Shown here: positions 17,089 to 25,624 of the stretch, in pieces
Layout of the letters: each line of letters begins with the position of its first letter
How positions within the stretch are numbered: the stretch's first letter is position 1
Assembly (NCBI GenBank): GCA_002402635.1
Contig: DHGE01000126.1
Location: 893 to 64,892, forward strand
Origin: Deferribacterales bacterium UBA4806
Lineage (GTDB): Bacteria > Chrysiogenota > Deferribacteres > Deferribacterales > UBA228
Length of the DNA: 64,000 bases
Direction: 5' to 3'
The notes under the pieces: model-generated
Told to the model about the DNA's origin: nothing
Database searches by the model: none
What the model saw: only the letters and a program-made list of their open reading frames with translations
Translations under genes and position numbers: made by a program

Positions 17089-18330
17089 TTAATTTTCTTC
17101 ATCATATTCTATCTCCTTCATTTGTTTAATAGCCAGCCTATACGTAAATATTGTATCTAATCCATTATAAAGCAATAATTGTCTTTTACCTTCGCTACTT
17201 TCTAACAACCTATCAATCCTATTAAGTGAATTTCCATTTTTACTATCCACTGGTTGAAGATAAGAAGATATTTCACTATCATAATCCACTATCCCAAAGG
17301 TCACATACGTTAAAAATTTTAATCCAGTTATACCTTGTCTATTGTCTAAAATATGGGAGGCTAGCATAGTATCCCATTTCCAATTTCTTACTTCATAGCC
17401 TAACTTGTTTTGTATCCAAGTATGTTCAAATTTCATATTATGTGCTATTTTAGGTATATTGGGATTTCTTAAAACTCTTTTAATCTCATACAATACCTTC
17501 TCATCCTCTGGTAATAAAAATGAAAAGGCAGATTTTTCCGAATTACAAAAAGCAAATGAAATTATTTTACTCTCCTTACTATACCCTTTTAAACTATTTG
17601 TCTCTATATCTACCGCTATCAATCCTTTTATCTCTCTCAACAATTCAATTAATCTATCAGATGAACTCACTATTTCCACCTGAGATTTTTCATCTTCATA
17701 TTTCGGAAAAGGTTTATTATGCGTTGATAAGGCTCTTTCTAAATCCTGTTTCCAAATGATTTGAACTTCTCTTTCATCTCTCTCAACTACAAAGGAAGGA
17801 TGCCAAACAGGACACAGCCACGCATTAAAATCTCTATCAGGTATTACCCAACCTCTCCATTTTGTAATACCTCCCAAATCTTTTTTCCATCTATGTCCTA
17901 AAAGACAATTTATAGCAGTATTACCAAAAGCCATAATCACTTTGGGTTTTCTTTCCATTATAACTTTTATGATACTTGCTCTACAACTATTTATTTCCTC
18001 TGAGGTAGGTTCCCTATCATTTCCTTCTTTATCTACTACTCTACAACGTACTGCATTAACATTCAAACAATCCTCGAAAAGGTCAATTCCTAACCTTTCA
18101 TATTCTCTTTCTAATCTTCGTCCAACAACACCTTGCCAAGGTTTCCCCTTTCTATCCTCTTCTTGCGTGGGACTCATACCTATATTTAAAATCCCCTTTT
18201 TAAAATTACCAAAAGGCGGCATTTTAGGATTAATTGAATAACGATACAATCCACAAGAAACACAAGAATAAAATTTCCCATCAGGCCGAGAAACACTTTG
18301 TGTTTCTTTTAAATCAAAAAATCCTCTCAT
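17089..18330 (-). CDS. family-4 UDG-like domain fused to a 3'-5' exonuclease domain (N-terminal polymerase subunit)
   Basis: CVSCGLY, GMSPTQEEDRKGKPWQGVVGRRL, NAVRCR and WHPSFV (UDG4 pattern). Then IAVDIETNSL and later exonuclease motifs. Confidence 0.8.
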   Translation of the reverse strand: MRGFFDLKETQSVSRPDGKFYSCVSCGLYRYSINPKMPPFGNFKKGILNIGMSPTQEEDRKGKPWQGVVGRRLEREYERLGIDLFEDCLNVNAVRCRVVDKEGNDREPTSEEINSCRASIIKVIMERKPKVIMAFGNTAINCLLGHRWKKDLGGITKWRGWVIPDRDFNAWLCPVWHPSFVVERDEREVQIIWKQDLERALSTHNKPFPKYEDEKSQVEIVSSSDRLIELLREIKGLIAVDIETNSLKGYSKESKIISFAFCNSEKSAFSFLLPEDEKVLYEIKRVLRNPNIPKIAHNMKFEHTWIQNKLGYEVRNWKWDTMLASHILDNRQGITGLKFLTYVTFGIVDYDSEISSYLQPVDSKNGNSLNRIDRLLESSEGKRQLLLYNGLDTIFTYRLAIKQMKEIEYDEEN

Positions 18331-18355
18331 TATATTCTAATCCCTTTTCCACTCA

Positions 18356-19372
18356 TTATACATTTTCCTTTACAAATAAAGATATCACGTGTTTCCAATT
18401 TTCTCCTTCAAATAATATCTTATTTTCACCAATAACACAAGATAATTCTTTTTCACACATTTCTTTCAAGAAATCAGGATTAACAGCAAAAGAAAATTCC
18501 TCACCTTCATAACGGACATTAGCTTGTGCTTTAAACCAACTATTATTACTTTTAGCATATATTACCATAGTATTATTACTTACCGTAATATCCACTTGAG
18601 CTTCCAAAGAAAGCTCTCCTTTAACAAAAATTCCAGCTCTATCTAATATCTCCCCTAAATTTTTCGGTAATTTAAGGGTTTTTCCTGAAACCTCAAAAAG
18701 ATGTTCTGTATCCGGATATTTGTCTGTAAAAATTCTGCTTGAAAATATTGTTCCTTCCGCAGTATGAAAATGTATCCAGCCCTCTCCTCCTGCTATTTCT
18801 ATTATGTTTAAAGTAATTAAATTTTTAGCTGAAGATACTGGTAAAAGAAAAGTATTAACGGGTAGCTTTTCTATTTGATATCTTGCAAGTCTATAACCAT
18901 CAGAAGCTTCAATTAATCCATCATTTCTAACATTTACACAAGTTAATATCGGACGACTCATATCTGTAGAACAAGAAGGAATACAAAACTTAATAGCTTC
19001 TATTAATTTTTCAGGAGTTTTTTTCCAACTATCAGATATTTTCAAAGAGTCCAACGGAAGGTATATCTCTTGAGTCAAAGCAAATCCTGCTTTTTCTTTA
19101 CCAGAACTAATACAAACTTCCGACTTATCTACCATTATCTCAATTTCATCTTTTTTACTTTTCTTTAAAAACTGATACAATTCTTGAGCTGGGATAGTTC
19201 CTGTAATTTCTAATCCATTTACAGGGTGCGAAATACTAATCTCATCATTATATGTAACTACCTTACCATCAATAAAAGCAAATGAAGTTGATTGCTCAAT
19301 CATTTCCTTATTAGCCAATCCCGGCTTTACAATTTCTAAAACATTAAGTAATTCTTGTCTATTAATTTTCAC
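18356..19372 (-). CDS. beta sliding clamp (DnaN-like)
   Basis: MKINRQELLNVLEIVKPGL..., about 340 aa with a three-domain repeat feel, located between the polymerase and the clamp loader. GTG start. Confidence 0.55.
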   Translation of the reverse strand: MKINRQELLNVLEIVKPGLANKEMIEQSTSFAFIDGKVVTYNDEISISHPVNGLEITGTIPAQELYQFLKKSKKDEIEIMVDKSEVCISSGKEKAGFALTQEIYLPLDSLKISDSWKKTPEKLIEAIKFCIPSCSTDMSRPILTCVNVRNDGLIEASDGYRLARYQIEKLPVNTFLLPVSSAKNLITLNIIEIAGGEGWIHFHTAEGTIFSSRIFTDKYPDTEHLFEVSGKTLKLPKNLGEILDRAGIFVKGELSLEAQVDITVSNNTMVIYAKSNNSWFKAQANVRYEGEEFSFAVNPDFLKEMCEKELSCVIGENKILFEGENWKHVISLFVKENV

Positions 19373-19387
19373 TTATTACCTCCTTTA

Positions 19388-20380
19388 TTATAATCCTAAA
19401 TTATTTCTTATTTTAAAAACTATATTACTTTTTTTAACATTTAACCATTTTTCTAATTCCAAAAAATATCTTACATTTATAAGAGCCCTCATTTGAAATT
19501 GCTGTAAATCATCATAAGAATATCCATCTTGCTCTAAAAGTTTTAAAAAATTAGAAGTTAAATAACCAGTACCTTTTTTAATTTTCCTATCCGAAACAGT
19601 ACATACAAGAGCAGATTTTGAAAAATTAGAATTTTTAAAACCTCCTTGAGGATAATATATAGCACCCATACCTGCAGAAATCTTCCAACTTGCAGAATCA
19701 CAACTTGTCCAAGGTAAATTTAGAAGTATTTTCTTATTTGTAACTGCAAATCCATGTGTATCAACATTAACATTATTACGATATAAATATTCAAAAACTG
19801 ATAACATCCACTGATTTCTTTCATTTGTCGAAACATCATTTGCAGGTGAAATCCCAATATAATCGATATACTCAAGCATTTTATCTAACCACTTCCAACT
19901 TTCTCCTTGGTGAAATACATGTATTGGTTTTATACCTTGTTTTATCATTTCTTTCATATTTTGAAATCCAGCATTCGCCGCGCGTTCAATTAATTCAATA
20001 TTTTCAAATTTCCTATTCCTAGTTAAAGATTGTGTTTGTCCCACAATCCCGGGAATTACATCAAGATTTACAATATAAACCTTTTGATTAGAAAATTTTG
20101 AAACTTCATTAATTATTTGATGTGCATATTTAATATAATTATCCAAATTAATTAACTTTCCTTTATTCCATGCAGTAAAAGCCCCTGAATCAACTATAAT
20201 ATTCCCTTCCATATCTAATGGAATATTATTTATCCACCCTTTAAATTGGTCTGGGTAAATATAGGAAACAAGCACATTTTTAACCCCCGCATTTATAAGA
20301 TTAAACATCCTCTCATTACTACAACCCCCCCAAACAGCCGCAAAATAAAGTTTAATTGGCTTCATACTCAACCTCAACAT
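19388..20380 (-). CDS. dpdA: DpdA-type DNA 7-deazaguanine transglycosylase (TGT superfamily)
   Basis: IVDSGAFTAWNKG motif, TIM-barrel-like length, adjacent to the que genes. AGGAGG lies 11 nt before the Met at 20380. The longest ORF extends to 20404. Confidence 0.8.
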   Translation of the reverse strand: MLRLSMKPIKLYFAAVWGGCSNERMFNLINAGVKNVLVSYIYPDQFKGWINNIPLDMEGNIIVDSGAFTAWNKGKLINLDNYIKYAHQIINEVSKFSNQKVYIVNLDVIPGIVGQTQSLTRNRKFENIELIERAANAGFQNMKEMIKQGIKPIHVFHQGESWKWLDKMLEYIDYIGISPANDVSTNERNQWMLSVFEYLYRNNVNVDTHGFAVTNKKILLNLPWTSCDSASWKISAGMGAIYYPQGGFKNSNFSKSALVCTVSDRKIKKGTGYLTSNFLKLLEQDGYSYDDLQQFQMRALINVRYFLELEKWLNVKKSNIVFKIRNNLGL

Positions 20381-20810
20381 TAATAAAAGTTCCTCCTCGC
20401 GCATTAAAATTACTAATCACTTTCATCCAACGAGGTGAACAAACAGAAACAAGGTCCTCTAAAATCCTATTTGTAAGTGTTTCCATAAAACAACCATATT
20501 GACGATATGATAAAAGATAAAGTTTTAAACTTTTAGTTTCAATACATTTCTCATTTGGTATATATCTAATAGTAATAGTTGCAAAATCTGGCTGACTAGT
20601 CTTGGGACATAACGAAGTAAACTCACCAAACTTAAATTCAGTAATATAATTTCGATTGGGATATTGATTCGGAAAAACCTCAAGTAAATCTGGACAAGGT
20701 GAATCATATACATACTTTGTATTATGTGCGCCAAGTTGTATAAGCCCTTCAACTTCATCTTGTTTTGTATCAACTTTTGTACTTATTTCCTTTTGTTTAA
20801 AATCTTCCAT
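20352..20810 (-). CDS. queF: NADPH-dependent 7-cyano-7-deazaguanine (preQ0) reductase, unimodular type
   Basis: EFTSLCPKTSQPDFATITIRYIP and ETKSLKLYLLSYR (QueF motif). Confidence 0.9.
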   Translation of the reverse strand: MEDFKQKEISTKVDTKQDEVEGLIQLGAHNTKYVYDSPCPDLLEVFPNQYPNRNYITEFKFGEFTSLCPKTSQPDFATITIRYIPNEKCIETKSLKLYLLSYRQYGCFMETLTNRILEDLVSVCSPRWMKVISNFNARGGTFINVEVEYEAN

Positions 20811-20891
20811 ATATTGCCTCCTTATAATTCTTAGTAACTACTATAAAATAATAAGATACAATTTTATCCAAACTATTCATCTGTACTATAA

Positions 20892-21455
20892 TCAAATTCT
20901 ATTCCTAAGTCGTGCCATAAATTCATCCTTACAACCATCTTTATTTTCAAGAAAAATTCCACGTGCTTCAATCACTTCAAAAGGGCAATCCCATTTTTTA
21001 AGACCTCGCATTTCCTTACAAAGATGTCTTCCTGTCATTAAAAGGATACACCCAAGAGGATGGACAGCTTCCTCAATATAATCTAAAATATTTTTAACTA
21101 ATCTTTCTTGTATTTGAAGGCGCGCGGAAAAATAATCAATCGTTCTACCTATTTTACTTGCTCCCAAATATCCATATTTTGAATCAGGAATATAACCAAA
21201 ATAATAATGCCCAAAAAATGGAACCATATGATGCTCACATATACTAAAAAAATATCCTTTATCCGTAATTAACCCTTGAGGAGTTTCATCATTAAAAATA
21301 GTAATCACAGGAGGATTATCATGGTACCCACGAAATAACTCACAATACATTTTAGCAATTCTCAACGGTGTATCTTTTAACCCTTGACGTTCTGGGTCTT
21401 CACCTATCTCTAAAAGAATTTGTTTAAAAAGATTTGAAATTTTATTCATATTCAT
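20892..21455 (-). CDS. folE: GTP cyclohydrolase I
   Basis: DTPLRIAKMY and SICEHHMVPFFG. Confidence 0.9.
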   Translation of the reverse strand: MNMNKISNLFKQILLEIGEDPERQGLKDTPLRIAKMYCELFRGYHDNPPVITIFNDETPQGLITDKGYFFSICEHHMVPFFGHYYFGYIPDSKYGYLGASKIGRTIDYFSARLQIQERLVKNILDYIEEAVHPLGCILLMTGRHLCKEMRGLKKWDCPFEVIEARGIFLENKDGCKDEFMARLRNRI

Positions 21456-21458
21456 CTT

Positions 21459-22142
21459 CTATTGTCCTCCTTCATATTCAATAGGGTCTTTAATACCTAA
21501 TTCACAAAACGCTTCCAATCTTTCTTGACAACTTCCACATTTCCCACAACTAACAGGTTGACTCTTATAACATGTTCTTGTAAGATAATATGGAACCTGA
21601 GGATTACATTCCAATCCTTTTTTAAGAATAGTAATTTTATTATCATTAATTAATGGTGCCAGAACTTCTACTTTACAATTAGAAGATAAAAAAATAGCAG
21701 TATCCAATGCCTTTATAAATTCTTTTCGACAATCCGGGTAAATATAATGGTCTCCTTGATGGACACCAAGTGCAATAGCATTTGCATCAATTGATTCAGC
21801 CAATCCTGCCATAATGCCCGCAAAGATAAAATTACGTTCGGGAACAACCGTTACAGACATCGATTTATCATTATAATAACCCTCAGGAATATCACCACAA
21901 TGAAGAAGTAAATTAGATTTAAACACTTTCATAATATTGGAAATATCCATCATGTACTTTGTAATAGAAAATCCTTGTTTAAAATAAAATTCAAATACAG
22001 ATTGAGCTGCAATATTTTCCCATTTATTATGTTTAGAACCATAATAAAATATACAACAATGTACATCATAACCTTGCTCAAGTAAAATTCCAAGTAAAGT
22101 TGCTGAGTCCATCCCACCTGACAATCCCATAACTACTTTCAT
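21459..22142 (-). CDS. queC: 7-cyano-7-deazaguanine synthase
   Basis: VVMGLSGGMDSATLL (PP-loop) and C-terminal Cys cluster CYKSQPVSCGKCGSC. Confidence 0.9.
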   Translation of the reverse strand: MKVVMGLSGGMDSATLLGILLEQGYDVHCCIFYYGSKHNKWENIAAQSVFEFYFKQGFSITKYMMDISNIMKVFKSNLLLHCGDIPEGYYNDKSMSVTVVPERNFIFAGIMAGLAESIDANAIALGVHQGDHYIYPDCRKEFIKALDTAIFLSSNCKVEVLAPLINDNKITILKKGLECNPQVPYYLTRTCYKSQPVSCGKCGSCQERLEAFCELGIKDPIEYEGGQ

Positions 22143-22163
22143 AAAATCCTCCTATACGTTCTA

Positions 22164-22204
22164 CTTATATTTATATTATAAGTAAATATACAATTTCATT
22201 TAGG
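22164..22204 (-). promoter_or_regulatory. phage-specific promoter-like motif (upstream of queC)
   Basis: Minus strand: GCCTAAATGAAAT-N11-TTATAATATAAATATAAG. Overlaps the queE stop codon. Confidence 0.4.
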
Positions 22205-22880
22205 CTAATCCTAAAATTTTATGTAACTGTAATGAAATAATTACTCTATCTCTAAATTTATCAGGGAAAAAGAAAAGAACCCCTTTATTTTTTGTATCTG
22301 CATTCATAGGACTGATGATAAACATTCCCTTATACCCCATACTATCTAATTCTATCATATCCGTAACCACAAAATCTCTATCTTTATGATAATAAGGAGA
22401 AACAGTAGAAGCAACTACATATTTAAAAATAACTGGAGTTTTATTCCAATTATAAAAATCTATTCCTAACTCTCCAATAGGACGTGATTGATTTTCAGAG
22501 GAAGGTCCTTTTCTATCTATAACCCAACCTCCACGACCTTGTATCTCTGATATAACAGGAATTGGTAAAGAACCATTAGTTTCTATTTGGACATAATGTC
22601 CTGCCAATAATAAAATTCTAATAAAATCAATACAATTCTCTGCCAAGAGAGGTTCTCCACCTGTAATCAATACTTGTTTGGTTTTAATCTTATTAAATAC
22701 ATCATCCGCAGAATATTCTATTCCGCCTTTAGAGGATTGCGCTTTAACAGTGTCGCAGTAGATACAACGTAAATTACATTTTTGAAATCGAAGGAATATA
22801 CAAATACTTCCCTGAGGAAAGAAACCGGATTCTCCACTAATAGAAACAAAAGGTTCTTCATGTAGATATAATTTCTTCAT
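22200..22880 (-). CDS. queE: 7-carboxy-7-deazaguanine synthase (radical SAM)
   Basis: FQKCNLRCIYCDT (CxxxCxxC), ITGGEPL. Confidence 0.85.
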   Translation of the reverse strand: MKKLYLHEEPFVSISGESGFFPQGSICIFLRFQKCNLRCIYCDTVKAQSSKGGIEYSADDVFNKIKTKQVLITGGEPLLAENCIDFIRILLLAGHYVQIETNGSLPIPVISEIQGRGGWVIDRKGPSSENQSRPIGELGIDFYNWNKTPVIFKYVVASTVSPYYHKDRDFVVTDMIELDSMGYKGMFIISPMNADTKNKGVLFFFPDKFRDRVIISLQLHKILGLA

Positions 22881-23305
22881 ACCTTTTCTCCTTTATTACT
22901 TTCTTGCCTCAAAAAAAATTCTACATCTTTTCTTTCTAATATAGCTACACTATCGGGCGATTCCCAAATACTAATACTTTCTACGCCTTCAAGTTTTGCT
23001 TTGAATACCAACTGCTTCCATATCCAAAGTAACAGATTCTCCGCTGTCGGATTTTCTACATAATTATTAAGAACATTATGGTCTAATAATTCTATTATGT
23101 GTTTCGACATTACTTTCTTCAATTCTGAAAAATCAAAAACCATTCCACTTTCTAAATCAATGCGTTTTTTGATTGATACCTTTACTTTCCATTCGTGTCC
23201 ATGCCAATTATAACATTTACCATTATAAAAAGGTAATCGATGAGCAGAAGCAAAAGACATCGTCTTCGAAACTGTAACAAATGGTAATTCTTTTTTTTCT
23301 TCCAT
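22877..23305 (-). CDS. queD: 6-carboxy-5,6,7,8-tetrahydropterin synthase
   Basis: FASAHRLP...C...HGHEWKV (PTPS-family His/Cys pattern). Confidence 0.85.
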   Translation of the reverse strand: MEEKKELPFVTVSKTMSFASAHRLPFYNGKCYNWHGHEWKVKVSIKKRIDLESGMVFDFSELKKVMSKHIIELLDHNVLNNYVENPTAENLLLWIWKQLVFKAKLEGVESISIWESPDSVAILERKDVEFFLRQESNKGEKV

Positions 23306-23321
23306 ATAAGAATTCCTCCTT

Positions 23322-23360
23322 CTATATATATTATAAGCAAAAACATTATTTCATTTAGGG
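23322..23360 (-). promoter_or_regulatory. phage-specific promoter-like motif (upstream of queD)
   Basis: Minus strand: CCCTAAATGAAAT-N11-TTATAATATATATAG. Confidence 0.45.
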
Positions 23361-23377
23361 TAAATTTAAAAAAAATT

Positions 23378-24913
23378 TCACCAATAACTCCCTAATATAG
23401 CTCTACCCATCTGTAACCGTTGAAGAACTGTAACAGGACGAGATATATCAAAATCAGAATCACGGATTACAATAGGGTTAATTCTCATAAGCCCTATTCT
23501 TTTTTCCTCCGGTGTTTGATTTAATCCAAAAATTGCTGTAGCGTGAGCCATTTTTCTTTTATCCTCACTAAAATCCTCCATAGTTAACAATTCTTTTTCA
23601 TACCCAGCCGCTTTTATCTGTGTTACAGTGATAACTAAACAATTATATTCCTGGGATAAATTTCTTAACCTCTGCCAAATTCTATTTTGCTGGTGTCTAA
23701 AATCTAATCGAATAATATCCGAATCAGGAGCCAATATATCCACATAATCTATAATAATAACATCAGGTTCAAACCCATCTTCTTTTTTCCAAGCAGACAA
23801 ATAAGATTTAATATCCCTAACTGACAATGTTTCATTAGCGTGAGTACTCATACGGAAGGAAGCATTATACTTTTTCCCAAATTCCCTTAAATATCTATAT
23901 GCCTCTTCCCAAATTAATGGAGATACTTCTTTCTTGTAAACCAACCAAGGACTTCCTTTCAATTCTCTACAGTTATGACAAGGTTGATACTCCGGATAAT
24001 CCCTAGCTAACTTAACTAAATTATCGTATGTAATTTCCCTTTTATTTTTAAGGATTGCTCCATGTTCACACTCTCTTTCTTTTTTATTACATTTATCCAT
24101 TTGATTATTTAAACAATCCACGGTAGGCACCCACATAGGTTGGCAATACCTTTCCTGGTCTGACCTACCTGCTAAATAAATTGCAAAACGTCTTAATTGT
24201 TGAAGTTCCGTCATATCCCCAGCTTGAAAAAAGGCTACCCTATTCCCGCATCTAACTGCTCTAAAAGCAATATCAATTAAGGTGAAAGTTTTTCCAATTT
24301 TTTCTCTACCCATCATTGCTACAAACCCACCTCTAATCATTTCTGAATTCCAAAACTGCCCTATCGCTTTCGGAAAAAGGATTAAAGGTTGTTCTCTTTC
24401 TGTAAATGCTTTCTTAATTTTTTCCTTAACCTGTCTAGAAAATGGGTCTATAGTGGTAGCATCTTCTTTTATCAATGGAGCATATTTTGTAAGTATCTCA
24501 GCAGTAGTCTCCAAATTTCCTTTTCTTAATTCAAATTCCGCATCTTCCAATATGAGTTTAGTATGCCTTTCCTCAAAATACTTTTTAGCTAAATCCACCT
24601 TATATTTATCCGGTTCTGTTTTAGCATATTCCTCAGATAAGCTACCTAAAATCTCTTCAATCCATTCACCCTTTTCCTTAGACAATCCTGCCTTTAGTTT
24701 TTCAATATAAATATTCTCAATATCCTTCCCCGGAGCTTTATTGTATTCATCGAAATATTCTACACACCAGCTAGTTAACATCTTTGCAGTATCTGATTCC
24801 ATCCACTTGGGACTCCATAACTTACGTATTTGGTGAAGATATTCGGTAGAAGTTATCATCCCAATAACTATCTGTCTTTCAATAAATTCGCTGGTATTTT
24901 CTATCTCACTCAT
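23378..24913 (-). CDS. dnaB: DnaB-family replicative helicase with a Cys-rich insertion
   Basis: GGFVAMMGREKIGKTFTLIDIA (Walker A), VIIIDYVDIL (Walker B), ITVTQ. The insertion reads C..C...C.H....C.NC. Confidence 0.8.
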   Translation of the reverse strand: MSEIENTSEFIERQIVIGMITSTEYLHQIRKLWSPKWMESDTAKMLTSWCVEYFDEYNKAPGKDIENIYIEKLKAGLSKEKGEWIEEILGSLSEEYAKTEPDKYKVDLAKKYFEERHTKLILEDAEFELRKGNLETTAEILTKYAPLIKEDATTIDPFSRQVKEKIKKAFTEREQPLILFPKAIGQFWNSEMIRGGFVAMMGREKIGKTFTLIDIAFRAVRCGNRVAFFQAGDMTELQQLRRFAIYLAGRSDQERYCQPMWVPTVDCLNNQMDKCNKKERECEHGAILKNKREITYDNLVKLARDYPEYQPCHNCRELKGSPWLVYKKEVSPLIWEEAYRYLREFGKKYNASFRMSTHANETLSVRDIKSYLSAWKKEDGFEPDVIIIDYVDILAPDSDIIRLDFRHQQNRIWQRLRNLSQEYNCLVITVTQIKAAGYEKELLTMEDFSEDKRKMAHATAIFGLNQTPEEKRIGLMRINPIVIRDSDFDISRPVTVLQRLQMGRAILGSYW

Positions 24914-24924
24914 TTTTTATCTCC

Positions 24925-24964
24925 CTATAATATATTATAACCAAAATCTCATTTTCATTTAAGA
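24925..24964 (-). promoter_or_regulatory. phage-specific promoter-like motif (upstream of dnaB)
   Basis: Minus strand: TCTTAAATGAAAA-N11-TTATAATATATTATAG. Confidence 0.4.
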
Positions 24965-24971
24965 TAAATTT

Positions 24972-25622
24972 TCATTTTTCTCCTTTGTATATTTCTAAAC
25001 GATAATTAACCTTATCTTTCCCTCCTATCCTTCTAACTCCTTTTTTTGTACACATTTCCATAATCCGAGATACTAACCTTTCATCTACAAATTTACCTAC
25101 TAATTGTTCCAAACTAAAATTTGAAGTAAAAATAGTAGGCAACATATTATTATATCTATTATCCACTATTAAATACAAAGTAAAATAAGCCCAATCGGTA
25201 GTTAATTCTGTACCAAGGTCATCCAAAACCAATAAAGAAGCATTACTATATAAATCAATTATATCTTTTTCTATTTCCTTCTGATACTGATTAGGTATTT
25301 TATTATAAGTGCTCTTTATCTTCAATAATAAATCTGGTACTCTTGTAAATATGTATTGCTTAGCAAACCAGGGAGTTCGGTCTCCAATATACTCATAAGA
25401 ATTGGGACGTAACATTTCTCTAACGTGTGATATATCAAGCACCTTAAATAAAGATTGTGCTAAGGTAGTCGCAGCACGTATAGTTTTACCACTTCCTGAA
25501 GGGCCGTAGAAAAATAAACTCCTGTTCAAATCTGTCTCTGGGATATCAATTTCAATACCTTTTAATACAGAAATTACTCTTTCCGGCATTCCTGTGAATT
25601 CTAATAAATCTACATTTTCCAT
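24972..25622 (-). CDS. DnaC/IstB-like AAA+ helicase loader
   Basis: FFYGPSGSGKTIRAA, LLVLDDLG, FTSN. Confidence 0.65.
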   Translation of the reverse strand: MENVDLLEFTGMPERVISVLKGIEIDIPETDLNRSLFFYGPSGSGKTIRAATTLAQSLFKVLDISHVREMLRPNSYEYIGDRTPWFAKQYIFTRVPDLLLKIKSTYNKIPNQYQKEIEKDIIDLYSNASLLVLDDLGTELTTDWAYFTLYLIVDNRYNNMLPTIFTSNFSLEQLVGKFVDERLVSRIMEMCTKKGVRRIGGKDKVNYRLEIYKGEK

Positions 25623-25624
25623 AA

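Noticed and set aside
20811-20891. Seventh copy of the 40-bp promoter motif upstream of folE
   Set aside because: The spacer lacks the CCTAAATGAAAT element. Only generic A/T-rich -10-like hexamers are present.
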